This document shows positions 47,554 to 60,818 of a DNA stretch of 64,000 nucleotides, in pieces. The first letter of the stretch is position 1, and each line of letters starts with the position of its first letter. Position numbers and translations under genes: made by a program. Under the pieces are notes generated by a model that saw nothing but the letters and a program-made list of their open reading frames with translations, was not told where the DNA came from and ran no database searches. Origin of the DNA: Zygnema circumcarinatum SAG 698-1b (taxonomy: Eukaryota > Plantae > Zygnematophyceae); contig CM074806.1 in the NCBI GenBank assembly GCA_037447605.1, positions 2,480,001 to 2,544,000 of the forward strand, written 5' to 3'.

Positions 47554-50500
47554 ATGGCAAGTGAAGACGGAGCTGCGGCGCCCCCGGCCTCAGAGGTTCT
47601 AGCATCGCTCTTGCAGGCGAAGTACTCAAAGAGAGTTTTGATCAAATCAATTCTGACAGCTCCTGGTGAAGGCCTGGCCTTGGCAAATCAGAAGCTGACG
47701 ATTGGCGGCTGGGTAAAGACTGGACGAGAACAAGGAAGAGGACAATTTGCCTTTCTGGAAGTGAACGATGGCTCCTGTGCTGGAAACTTGCAGGTAACTT
47801 AAATCAACGATATTCTGATTGCTGGAAGCTACTTTTGACCCTTTATTTAGTCATGCAGTATACAGATATATGATGCTGACAATGTGACAAAATGATTCTT
47901 CTATCGACGTAGAGCTGGGGCAGCCAAGAAGAACATGTGTACGCCAGATTAAATGCTGAAGGAGGCCAATGCCGGAGGTTGCTCAAAGTGGGGTTCAAGC
48001 GTTCACAAGATGACTAGAGTGGTTTCTGGTTGTAGGATGTTTGAAAAACTGTGATGGAAGTGGAGAAATATTTTGCTTTTTTCGACTTTGTTTGTTATGC
48101 TTGTGGGCTGTGCATTCTACCCTTCACCATTGAAAATCTAGCCTCGGAAAGAATTGTTTCGAATACAATGGGCTAAGCAAGGTTTAGGAAGCGCATTCCA
48201 CGGATACTCATGACACGGTTACAATGCGGTACGTTGATGGACGCTCTCGTACTCTCTTTGCCTGCAGATCTGCTTAGCCTTGTTGCTTTGTTGGTTTTGG
48301 CTCAGGTCATCGTGGACAAAGCAATTGCCCCTCTAAATACACTAGTGGCGACCGGCACTAGCGTCCAGATTTATGGAGAGCTTAAGAAGACACCAGAGGG
48401 CACGAAACAAAAAGTGGAGCTACGAGCAGAAAAGATTCTTGAACTTGGACCATGTGACGCAAGTGTATATCCCATAGCCAAAACAAAGTTGTCGCTTGAG
48501 TACCTCCGCACAGTGATGCATCTTCGGCCAAGAACCAACACAGTGAGTTCTTATATTCTCTCAATGTTTAGCGTAGACTGTTATCAGGATTCTATCAGTG
48601 ATGTATGAGAATTGGCTTATGCTATACCGGACAATTCAGCTGCACTGGTGACTAAATGAGAGTGAGTGAATACTCTCTGTCCAGATTTCTGCCGTCGCGC
48701 GTATTCGAAATGCAGTAGCATATGCGACCCATGTCTTCTTCCAGAACCAAGGCTTCCTCTATATTCATACACCAATCATCACGACCAGTGACTGTGAAGG
48801 AGCAGGAGAAATGTTCCAGGTTGGTGCTCGCAACACTTCTGTTAACTCTTGGTTGCTCGACGTGGTGATTGCCAAGGAATGGCCTCTTGTTTGATGAGCA
48901 GCTACGTGGAAGGTCTTGGAAGGTCTTGGAAGGTCTTGGCTTATCTATCCCTTGTTAGGTAAACCAATCTCATCATCTCGTAAAATTCTGCCTGTTCTGC
49001 CAAAATACGTGTGGCCAGCTGGTTTAACATGAACAACACTTTCCATTATCAATAACTGAACGCCCAGAAGGTTCAATTAACCTGTTTGATTTCACGGTTT
49101 ATTTCAGATCGTTCTTTCTCGTCCTTGTTGATTGTGCAACTTGGGAACCATTGTTGTAAGAACTCAGACAATGTTTAGGAGGTACTGTAACAGGTCACTA
49201 CACTTTTACATGAAGCAGAAAGGAGGGATAAAGAATATGCTGCGCATCCTCCCCCGTCTGAGGCAGAGGTGGAGGCTGCCAGAGCAGAAGTAACCAGCAA
49301 AGGGGATGCAGTGAAGGCGTTGAAAGAAAAGAAGGCCGACAAGATTGAAATAAAAGCGGCAGTGGATATTCTAAACAAGGCCAAGGAGGCTTTGTTGCAT
49401 CTTGAAGAAAAAGCCAAACTGAAGCCAGGCATTCCTCGAACTGAGACTGGCGATGTGGACTATTCCGCAGACTTTTTTGCAAGGCAGGCATTTTTGACGG
49501 TCTCTGGACAGTTACAGGTGAGAGTCCTGTCTGTTCTTAATCACTGACTCAGAAGAAGAAGGGAATGCAGACCTTTTTGGGCCGGAACGAGCTTGCTTTG
49601 TAGCGAATGTAATGTGCTCATTGTGGTAGTTAATTAAACAGGAAGGAAATTCAGGCTCGAAATGGCGAAAGGGAATAATTTTGTCTTGAAAAGCTCACAG
49701 TTCCAACTCAAAGCAGTTTCGACCTGTGAAGTTCTCAATGTGTTGATTTCAGATGGCTAACATTGGTTGGTTTTCGCTTGTCACTTGATTGCTGCATCGA
49801 TCCCGCAATACTCGATCAAGCCTTGATTGTGTCACATATCCAGATAGTGTTCGTACTTGGCACCCGTGAGTTATTAGTGTTGGAGTTTCTGCCTGCAGGT
49901 TGAGACTTTTGCATCTGCCTTGGCTAGTGTGTATACCTTTGGGCCAACCTTTCGAGCCGAAAATTCGCACACAACTCGGCATCTGGCTGAGTTTTGGATG
50001 ATTGAGCCTGAGATTGCTTTCGCTGATTTGGAGGTGAGCTATCATTATGATGATCTCATGCCTAACGTTTGCAGAAACACTCACTTATCCGCATTGCTCT
50101 GCAAGTCTAAGGTGAAGGTCAAGTTTTAGCATTTTACTTTAAAAGCCTTTCGTACTAAGTCGTTTACTATTCCCCTCAAGCATTTGAACCGTGTTCTAGT
50201 AGAGTCCTAGAGCCATGTTGTATTTCAAACGATAGTGACAGTAGTGAAGCCGCAAGTCGAAGGCATGAGTAAGCCTGTACATGGTTACAAACTATTTGGG
50301 GTAAAACCATTTTCCAGAAAGGAGTCACGGCAAAGTCATCAGCGTTGCAAATGTAGGATACTGTACTGACGCCATATGAGAGCTGCTCAATAGCCTTTCT
50401 TATTTGGATTGTTTGGCTATTCCAGAAGTAAGCATGTGGGGTTCGTCGATCAGGCGTATTTGTCGTTTAAGGCTGGCTAGCCATAGCTTGACTGATAACT

Positions 50501-52036
50501 CACATTCAATCACAAACGAAATTCAATTCCAATATTCTATGAGTCACAAGACTTGTTTCCGTAGTTCCAACTTGCCTTCACATTGTCCAGTTGTTTTCGT
50601 TTTCATTAGACGCTGTTAGGAATTTACACTCCATGAATCTCTGAATGCATGTTGAGTGAACTCTGGTGTTGCGCATCATAAGCTTCTGAAGCATGCATGC
50701 TATTGCTCGTGAATCAGGATGATATGAACTGTGCAGAAGACTACGTGCGATTCCTTTGCCAGTACTTGCTTGACCACTGCCGAGATGACATGGAGTTCAT
50801 GGTAAAGATGTTCGACAAACACGCCATTGAGAGGTTGGAGCTGGTCGCCTCTTCGCCTTTTGCGCGGCTCACCTATACAGAAGCCATAGAGCTGTTGATG
50901 GCCGTGAAGGATCGCAAGTTCGAGAATCCTGTGGAGTGGGGCATCGACTTGGCTTCTGAGCATGAAAGGTGCGTTCACTTTTTCCTATGTTACTTTTGTC
51001 TTTGTTCATTTTCTCCTCATAGTGTCGTTCAATACATGGACACCGAGTTTGTTCGCTGTTTTATGGTGAATTGCATGGCTCGGTTTGAATAAGCCATTGG
51101 AAAAGGCATAGTCTCAAGTCGCTTAACGCTCCTCTGGTGTGAGGACAAATAAAAGAGCCGCAGGAGATCGTTCCTTCATGAATTAAACTGGCAGGGTATC
51201 TATCTCTCTCACACTCCTCTCTCTCTCTCTCTCGTTGAACATCTTTTCCATTTTCTGATTTCTTGTGCCCAGATACATAGCAGAAGTGGTCTATAAAAAG
51301 CCTGTCATTGTGTACAACTATCCGAAAGCAATCAAGGCTTTTTACATGCGCGAAAATGACGACGGCAAGACAGTGGCTGCCATGGACGTACTTGTGCCCG
51401 GGGTGAGAATCTTTGAGTGACTACTCTTGCTTTCATACGTTTAGAATGTCGAAATCGTGTGCTCTTTTCCGTCCACCATGGAGTCCTAAGGCAAAGGCGA
51501 TGGCGAATCGTTCTTTCATTTTTTTTTTTTTTCCCTTTTGTTTGGTTCAGGTTGGAGAGCTCGTTGGAGGCAGCCAGCGTGAAGAGCGATACGATGTGTT
51601 GGTTAGAAGGTAAGTCCTGTATTGCGCACTCCGCTGTTTCCTTAACAGTTGTTAGCTGCGATGGAATTTCTCCATCTAATGCCATTTCGTACCAGTTATC
51701 ATTGATTCCAACGTCTGTAGAAATGTCCTATCGCTCTTGGCCTTCGGCTGCCGAGGCCAAGTGCGCTGTCTTTGAGTAGCGTTTGGGCCACCGCTTTCCA
51801 TCCCAAGTAAGCTTCTCAGTAAGAGAGCTTTTGTTCTTTTGCGAGTGTGCAGGTTGCAGGAAGTAAACCTGCCCTTGGAGCCCTACGAGTGGTACCTCGA
51901 CCTTCGCCGGTTTGGCACAGTGAAGCATGCAGGGTTTGGCCTTGGCTTCGAGCGGATGATTCTTTTTGCCACCGGAATAGAGAATATTCGAGACGTTATT
52001 CCCTTCCCGCGCTTCCCTGGGAAGGCAGACCTATAG
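47554..52036 (+). CDS. SYNC1: Cytosolic asparagine-tRNA ligase with plant-type WHEP-like insertion, 9 exons, 564 aa
   Basis: Exons 47554-47793, 48306-48542, 48685-48819, 49194-49517, 49899-50033, 50718-50968, 51273-51402, 51551-51609, 51853-52036 (1,695 nt). Motifs [63 protein letters not shown] and [10 protein letters not shown]. Confidence 0.95.
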
Positions 52037-53358
52037 AAAAGGAAAATCTGAATTTGGAACTTGGGATTTGAAAATTTTATCAGGGAGGTCCATGTAGAGC
52101 TCATTTGAACCCTAGAAACATTCCATCGGACTGGTTCGGTAAGATGCTGGAATCAAGACCCCTGTCTCCACATATGTGGAGGTTGCAAGTTTTGTGTTCT
52201 TCATTTGACAGTCTATTGGTTTTAGCCGCAATTTGCATTTTAATTCCAGTAGGAGCCGCAATTTGTCATTTGTATGGCTTGGGGTTACTTGTTCAAGCTC
52301 GCCAATTAAGTTTTTTTTTCCTCTTTTTGGCTCGAGTTGGAGGCCTACACATGAGTAGCATGTGCATTTGAATCCAAAGCTGTGTAACCACTTTTGATGT
52401 CGGGCTGTACGGCATAATAAACATCCTTTGCCCACCGAGGCTCAGCTATTTGGATGGTTCAACGGGCTTGAAGGTCCCCTTGACAGCAAAAGCTTCCCAG
52501 ACTAGTCTCAAAATCTTTTCCCGTTTTGTGACAAGCTTCAAAGATGATAGAATTCGTGGTTCCAACACTTAGAACTGATATTTTTTCACGTTTATCATTC
52601 ACATAGATGAAATGCACGTGCTGTCATCATCACGCATACAATGTACATACAATGCACAGGACATGCCACATTGCGAGACAGCAAAACGTAAGTACCCAAA
52701 TCACAGGTAAGCCACAAACCTATCTCAATTCCGTGAACTCCACTTAGACTCTGATCAACAACGACATAGATTCACAGTTATACTGGCTTATCACTGCACA
52801 ATTGAACTAGACTGAAACTAGAATATGAGAACGCTACGGTTACTGCCGTAATTTTTAAATACACTTAGACCTAAAAGCTCACTACACGGCTCCATTGGCC
52901 GTTAACCTGCACCTCCACACTGAGGCCTGAGCAGCCTCCAACTGCTTCTAGCGAGAAGCAGCCACACATGCTAGAAATTCAAATATCCTTCACAAATGAA
53001 AAATCTACCCTAACCCAAAGCCCCGATATTATCATCTTCAAGTCACAGTGAAGGGCAGCTGTCGAGCCAAAGTCTGTCGGGTTCACATGCCTGTCCTGTT
53101 CCTTCTTTCCCGTTGCTGTTTGCCAGTGACCCTTCAGACTTATCTTCTTCCCTAGGCTCCATTGCAGCCAAACAGGACTGCTGCCAAAGTCCACCCATGA
53201 ATCGCGTCGGACACCTCATCTGCTTAAGAATCCAAAATGATCCGCCGAGCCTCCGGAACCATGGCATTCAATCCACAATCAACAAACTGCTGTATATACC
53301 GGGAATACAACTCGAGTTGGTTTCATATCAGCCCGGAAGTTGCAAGCTCTACCTGCGC

Positions 53359-56300
53359 TTAACTGGGAATAATGAGTGCTTTCTGCTCCATGCGCTCATT
53401 CCAGCTAAGGCAGCGAACCAAGCTTCGAAACCAGTCGTCTGTCTGATCCGATTTGTTCACAGTCGGCATCGGATGCTCGCTCATGCAGACACGGACACTA
53501 TCACCTTTGCTCAGTTGCTGGCGCTTTTTTCCATCAAATGAAACCCAGGCATTGTTACGCGCATCAGTAGGAACCTGCATTCCCCAGTCACGACGTTTCA
53601 GGGAATCGAAGGTGATGGCCAGGAACAATAAATCAAGTTAAAGCTTATCAGGTCTAACTTTGACGACCTCTCAACTGCCAAAGAAGAATTGGCAGGGTTT
53701 ACCTGCGCTGAGTCTTGCTCAATCAAAGGGATGTAATTCTTCCATGATATCGTCTCCACACACAGCATTGTTTGTCATTCACATGACACCACGATGAGCA
53801 GCACTACAACAGAGACGAGACTCTTGCAGCGTCCTTTTGAGTTTCATCCACTACCCCTAGAGGACGCACCTTGAGTTCAACAAGAGCCGAGTCTGGTAGA
53901 ATGACTGGACGGAAGGATAGTGAGTGCGGACAAATGGGAGTGAAGAGCATACAAGGAACATTCGGATGAACCTGTTTATGTGCCCCACCCATGACATTGA
54001 GGTAACACAGAAGCCGGTCAGATGATTGACGAGGCGCATAACGCTCGTCCTGTCCCAAGGCATCTCCCGCAACAGCAGTGTTCCCTCAAGAGAAGAAATG
54101 TCCCGATGCGACCATGCAGCAATACCTACTTTCACAGTCAACTCAGCAACCGTGAAAAGCCTACAGTCAATTTATCGATCTTTCATGACCCGCACCATGG
54201 AGCCACCGGCCGCAGTCGAGTAAGCAGTGCTCCCTGTCGGCGTTGCAAGCAGCACACCATCTGCTTGGACCTGCCCCTCCCAACCATACAGAATAAAACC
54301 AGCAATTCCTTTTTGGCTTCTGTCTGTAAGCTCTAAGACGAACGACGTTTGACGAAGCCTATTCTCGTGTAGCTTGGATAAGAACTAGAATATTGTTTTT
54401 CTCACTTTTCCTTCCCTAATAATACCAGCCCCGTGTACGACTAGCAGACAAGCAGATTGATTCGTTTTACCCTCATTTTACATGACACGCGATAACGGCG
54501 ATGCTAAATTGAAAAGACCAACCAGTGCATAAGCTTCTGTAACGTGCTTGTGTCTCACCTTGGTGATGAGGCGATTGCGTTCATAACACTCAATTTTGCA
54601 GAGGTAAGGATTGGACCCACGATCCACTACAACTTCGTTGAGCACATCAAACACTTTTCCAGGAATCGGTTTGCCATTGCGAAAAAGTTCGCACCGAAGA
54701 CGCATGCGTAGAGTGATGTAGACACCATCCATGGTGCTGTTTCCATGAATAATTGCTTTCAAGTCAAGTTTGAATTCCTCAAACTGCACATTGAAGCAGA
54801 GCCACTAGCATGAGGACCCGGAGCTGGCCAAACAAAGAACGGCATTCATCTAAAGGCAAACTGCTTGATAGAGGCTGGACTGTTTACCGGATGGGCTGTA
54901 AGAAAGCCCAGGGAGCCGAGGTTGAAGGACACCACAGGGGGGACAGCACTCCGAAAGAGATTTGAGGCGTGCAAAATAACGCCATCACCACCGAGGCATA
55001 CCACGAAGTCCACACGCTCGTGCAGCTTGCTGTGCACCCAGCCCTCCACAACTACTTAGCCGGCTCCACTGGCTAACAATGATGCTCAATTCTTATCATT
55101 CAGAATGAAATCCTTTCTCTAACATAACTCTGTCAAAGGACCTCATAAACGCAAGGCTCTGTACACTGAAAAAGAGAGCAGACGTTTCTTATGCTAGGGG
55201 TATACAATATGCGGAGACATGAGGTTCAAGGCCCTCAAGTGTCAGCACCTTGTATCCTGGTTGTAGTAGGTTTGCACAAATCCAAAGCCAGGTATCCGAG
55301 CAAAGCGATCATGAAGTTCCGGTTCAACCACAACATTGATGCCTTCTTGGTAGTATAGCCACGATGCCACCTGCAAATCATTCCCCGTCGCAAAAGAACA
55401 ATGTCCCTCAATTCAGCGATAAGCAAAGCCTCGGCTACTTGTAAATTTTACACCGCTGGGGATATGACGTAAAAAAAAGGCCTTCAAAGGGTCACCTGTT
55501 GCGCCTCGTCCATGAGCTCGCTTCCGAGCTTCTTGAGCAGCAAACAAGTCTTTGGAGGTGTCTTCCACATCAACATTTGCTGCTGTGTGCTAGGGTGAGT
55601 AAAGGCGAGCGTCGACTCCTTCACTCTTTCCCTTGTGCAGGAAAATCCATCGGTTCTAACAAGATACATTTCTGCCTTCCTTCTCGACTGCAACCTAACA
55701 ACTCCCGTTGTTGACGCACACATGTCCCCATTTACAAACGGGACTCCCTCTACCGCATCATCCGCAATGGTTGCACCATTGGACGATTCCTTCCTGATAG
55801 CACCATTTACTCCATTTTCAGAAGCATCTTCCTCGACCACTCGAAGTAGAGCTCCATAAGTAGGCGATTGCTTGCTAACTAGCTCCGCCTCCTCTTCTGA
55901 TGTTTGCGCATCCCTTGAACTTACCTCATCTGCTTTCAGCTCCACCTCTTTCTGCGAGGCTAGCGCAGCGGTTCTATTTTCATCCAGTCTTCTATTTGCT
56001 GCTCCAATGCTTGCCGCTTCAGAAAGCACGTAAGTGCCATCACTCTTGCGAGATACGAATCTTATCCTTCCATTGGATGCAGCGTCTTCATCAGAGTCAG
56101 ACGAACTCACGTATTGTTCCTCTACATAGGACCTTCCAGCACGTGGAATTCCTGGTTCAGCAAGTGCCCACCTGCCAGCAAGACCAGTGATTGTGCCCTC
56201 GTCTACATCTTCTCCAGGACGGTTCTTCGGAGTTCTTTGCTGAGATTGTGGTGTCTTTCTAAGCAGCTTCTGCCTATTAATCTCCAGAAGAGAATTTGGC

Positions 56301-59300
56301 CCTACCTTTTTTGACTTCAAGAATGTGGACATGGCTCTCTTGGACAGCACATTACTAGTTGGAACTTGGGCGTGAAATGCACTCTTCACAAACTGTATTG
56401 AATGGCCCGCCTCCTGGCTTGTTTCAGGATCTTTCCCTTGTTTAAGTCCTTCCCGAGCTCCACTATCAGGGTAATCTCTCAATTCTCCTATCCCAACAGG
56501 TGGGCGTGCATCTAATAGCTCTGCTTGTGCAAACGCATCCAAAGCAAGTTCCACAGAGGCTGGACCGTTTTCAGACACTTGCATTTCGTCGTTGGCTAGG
56601 AAAGAGCCCAATACCTCGCCTGATCGTTCAAATCCCGCGCTTTCATTGCCAGTGCCGGAGTGGTTGTCACTATCTGAAAATTGCTCTGTGTTACTGCTAA
56701 TTGCATCCCGGCCTTCCTCAGTTCCATCTCTGTCAGTCAACCTTGCCGATCCTTCACTCCCCGTCCAATCCTCTCTGCTTTCGTCAGGAACTCCTTGATT
56801 TGTTGTAAAATTCCTGTTGGTCCCAGCAGCAACAGTTTTCCCGTTTGAAGCTGACATAGCCAAAACCCTGAGATCTGATGCAGATAACTTGTTGGTGCTT
56901 GTTGGTGCTTCCAAGCCACCTCTTAAAACAAATTCCCTCCATCGCGACACCATTCCACATGCCCTCCCGACCCCTCCCTGTGAATGTAAATACAGTGGCT
57001 GATTTGATTTCTCTGTCACGAGCCGTGCAAAAAGTTCCACCTGCTCCATGGTCGGTGCTGTACCGAATGTGACAGGCAAACGAACATAATTGATTCGATC
57101 TGAATCCTTTAGCTCTTGAATTGCAGGCTTTATCCACTGATTACCAACGTCATCAGCCCTCACATCCACTATTGTCTTGAAGCCTCTGTCCAACAGCCAG
57201 GACAAACCTTCCTCAGTCACTTGGCCTCCCCTCCAAAATGCTACCTCTTCATTAGAATCAAACTTACGACCTGACCTAAACGGTCTTAACCTCACAGCTG
57301 CAAAGTTTGGGATGTCCGCGTGAGAAGGTGATCCTTCGAGTCTCGGAAAGCCCGCATCCAAGCAAACGTTTTTCAGTCGCTCCAATCGCCTTTTTACTGC
57401 CAAAGTGATCTCGCCTTCGGGTGGCAGACCCGCCTCAAGAGCATCCTGAATGGTCCAGGGTCAAGACACGGGTTAGACTCACAAAACTGAAAGCGGTAAA
57501 TGCAAACCGTATTCCATAACTTGATTCAAGCCTTTCACCGTGAATAGTAAAAGACATAACCTGAACTGATAAGTTACCCAGTTCATGGTGGCGCATGTCG
57601 AATAGCTCACTGAGTCATATAAGAACTAAGTGAAAGCCAAGGCAAACTTCTTCTCTTTGCCTTCAAAAGGGTGGTTCATGATTAAAGAAAAAGAGAAAAA
57701 AAGAGAAAGGGATTGAGCTCAAAAAGCCGATTACCTGTAACTGAAGACATGCATCCTTGAGCTCTCCCCGCAGTTTTGCAAGAGGTGGTATGGGATCCTC
57801 CGACGAATTGGACTCTACCCTATTGGCTGCCATTGGTGAAGTCCCAGAGAGCACGGATCGACGGAACTGCTGCAGCATTGCACCGATCTGTGCAAGACCA
57901 GTAACCACCCTCTCCTCTGAGACATCACAACATCCAAAAAAGAGGTTACCAGAAGTTTTCAGCGGACACCTTCTGATGTGGCCATCAGGGTGACTACTTC
58001 TGGTCAGACTGTCGTCAAGACAATCTTGTAAGCAATATGTTAAGCGGAGCACTAGAGTGAAACACAGTAGAAGAATAGGACCTCTTGCTTCCCCTCCAAC
58101 TCGACAGCATGTGCATGCCGGACATAACTATACCAATGACAGCTAATCAGCCACTCAGTTGCGTTTTCATCAACAAAAACAACCTCGCACCTGCTTCAGA
58201 AACGTCTCCTCTTTCTGAAGGGATGGGAGTAATTTCCGAACCGACACTTTCCTCCGTGTTGCTCAAACTCCTTAAAGCGTCCATAACAACAGCGTGTAGC
58301 TGCTCAGCAACGCGATATATTCGGCAAAATGCCTCAACTTCTGCCACGTCACCAGGGGGCGGGCCATTGCGAAATAACAGCGACTCCTCTTCTTGAGCCT
58401 AACAAACATACAATAGCCGGTCTAGAGTGAAAACCTTCACTCTCTTATTTGCAAGTTAAAAGAATAATTGTTCAGTCAGTGTCCACACAGTTGTTAATTA
58501 ATAATGCCCTTTGAAGAAAGTACTGATTATTCGTTAACTAGAATCGAAGGAAAATTAATTTAAGCGGACCTCTTGTCAGGTAGTTGATTTCCATTCCATT
58601 TCCATTCCATTGATTCCAGTCTAAAATGCATGCAAACGCGTTTCCGAAAAGCTGGCTCGTGCTAAGCCAAAGGCAGTGTTGCTCAGTTGCTGAGGGCCGA
58701 AGATGTGCCAGAATAAGCTCGAAGAAGATATTAACTCGTCAAGTCTTATCGACCCAGAAACAAATGCACTAAATGACGGAAGGATCATTCAGAAATGGTG
58801 AAAGTAAAATATTAATTGATATCCAAAAGAATAATCCACTGAGCTTTTCTAAATGTAGTGCGAGTAATCATGCACGAACTCCAGTACTGACTTTATTTAG
58901 CAAAATGAATAATCCCTTCTGTCCTTTCTGCGCCAATAGACAGGTCGTTGGGGTGCATTTACAGTGAAGTACTAATACTCATCTAAATCTGCACTAAAGA
59001 GTCAAGATTCAATCGCAATATTTTTTCTTTGCAATGCAGCTGACATAAGAATCAATCAGAACTATTAGCAACAATGAATCAGAATAGACTGATTCCAGCA
59101 GTGAAGTAAACAGTAAGTACCTGCAGGGTCACCACTTGCTCGTAGGATAGGGAGGTCTGCCATTCGCTATCCAGCTCTGTCAAACGACACTGGACTCGAC
59201 GCCTTTGGCTTTTCCTATCAATAGGTCTTCCCTGTTCCAAGGCCGTCTCGAAGGCTCTGAATTGTAAATAAGATGATGCGCTCTCCTGGAACATATGAAA

Positions 59301-59534
59301 GTCTTTCAAGTGGCAAAAAGCACCAGTCTGAGAAATCGGTGTAAACAATCGGAGATCCTTTCCTGATATAGCTGAAAGGAGAGAGAAGGAAAGAGAATGA
59401 CCTAAGAAGGACTTCAAGAACAAGGCTTCTGCTTTTTCTGTTATTTGTGCGTCGGACTGATTCCTGCATCTGCGCCGACGAATCGATTGACATGGTAGGA
59501 AGCCTCGAATGGTTGGAGAGGTTAACATGGCCAT
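53359..59534 (-). CDS. NADK2: Chloroplast NAD kinase 2 (transit peptide, N-terminal extension, PTP-like domain, NADK domain)
   Basis: Exons encode [109 protein letters not shown] and WVSFDGK. Stop at 53359-53361. Exon 1 is 59534-59121. Confidence 0.93.
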
Positions 59535-59729
59535 GAGCTGCTGCTACTGCTGCTTACGAGAAGGATAAGCAACACTTGATCAGCCTCGGGATGAGCTGAT
59601 ACTGAACTTTCCAACTGGCATAAGTTTTCAAAAACTTTCAAATCCTCAAGCGTGTCCACTCTGCTACCTTTCCCTTACCATCGTACCAACCTGCCTACGT
59701 TAAAATTCCCTGATCCTTGCTTCGAAGGC

Positions 59730-59881
59730 CAGGCCAGAGCCATGGCCGCCTTCATGGGAGCGCAAACGCAAGTCTCCCGAATCCCAGGGGAGGCGTTCTG
59801 TTCTGGCCAGCTGCAAGCGCCCTGGCACGTGCCACGGAGCGCGAGGGCAAAGCGCCGTCGCACGCGGCAGATAAGGCCCTC

Positions 59882-59912
<31 letters not shown>

Positions 59913-59935
59913 CCTCACTCTCTCACACACTATCG
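59730..59935 (-). promoter_or_regulatory. NADK2 promoter island with G-box, I-box-like GATAAG and (CT)n
   Basis: GGCACGTGCC palindrome at 59824-59833, GATAAG at 59870-59875, (CT)n at about 59878-59925. Confidence 0.5.
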
Positions 59936-60818
59936 CGCAGGCCCTCCGCAAAAGTGCGAGGCCTCTAGCAGGCATCTGACTTCTGTAGGGCCAAATGTTG
60001 TTGGAGCATTCGCATGTTGCTCTCGAACGTGCCATGTGTGTGTGTGGGGGGGCTTGGCTTTCGTGAGATGGGCTACGAGACACGATGCCCGGTGGGCGTC
60101 AGAATGAGAATGAGAATCCATCTACGGTAGTGGACGAATTGACGTGAAGCACAGGCAACGTAAGCACAGGCAGAGGATTTTGGGGCTACGGTTCTCCATG
60201 CGCGGGTTGCGTCCATGGAGAGTGCCTGTTGGTCGACGCTTTAGTGAGTACCCTAACTTGCGAGGCTCAAGCGCAATACAGCTTTTGAGAAGAGTTTCTT
60301 AGCTTGAAGATAATGCTGCTAGACTCAAGAGACTTGTCACTACAAGACAGCCTCCGTAAACATAAATAAACAGATTGGCTTTTAATGGCACAACTTGAAA
60401 ATGCTGAGTTCCACATCGGGGATGGTAGCAACAGTGGACCTGAGACGGGAGAAAATCAGAGTTACTTCCCCTGTCATCGGAGATGAGCGATAACAGACAA
60501 TCTGAATACGCGCGTTGTAGTCCTGAATTACAGCTACCATTGAATCCACCAAGAGTGAAGGAAGTGCACCTCGCATATGAGAGAGGCTTCGTCAACCACA
60601 AGGGCCTGGTGGCCTTTCAGAATAACTCCAGAGCCATTCATACCACAACGGCCATATTTGCAACTCACTTTTTTGGGGAGAGATTTTCAAGATGCCTCCT
60701 AATCTGCCTTGCATGGCTGTGCTTAGCTCAATCGTCAACAATTGCACTGAAGCCCCAGCGCCCCAAGAGCAAATGTGTAATCTCCAGTTCAACCATGGCC
60801 CACCCCGTGCAGAGCTCT

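Noticed and set aside
50047-50150. C-box (ATGATGA) in an AsnRS intron as a snoRNA
   Set aside because: No CTGA D-box at a suitable distance and no recognisable rRNA guide.
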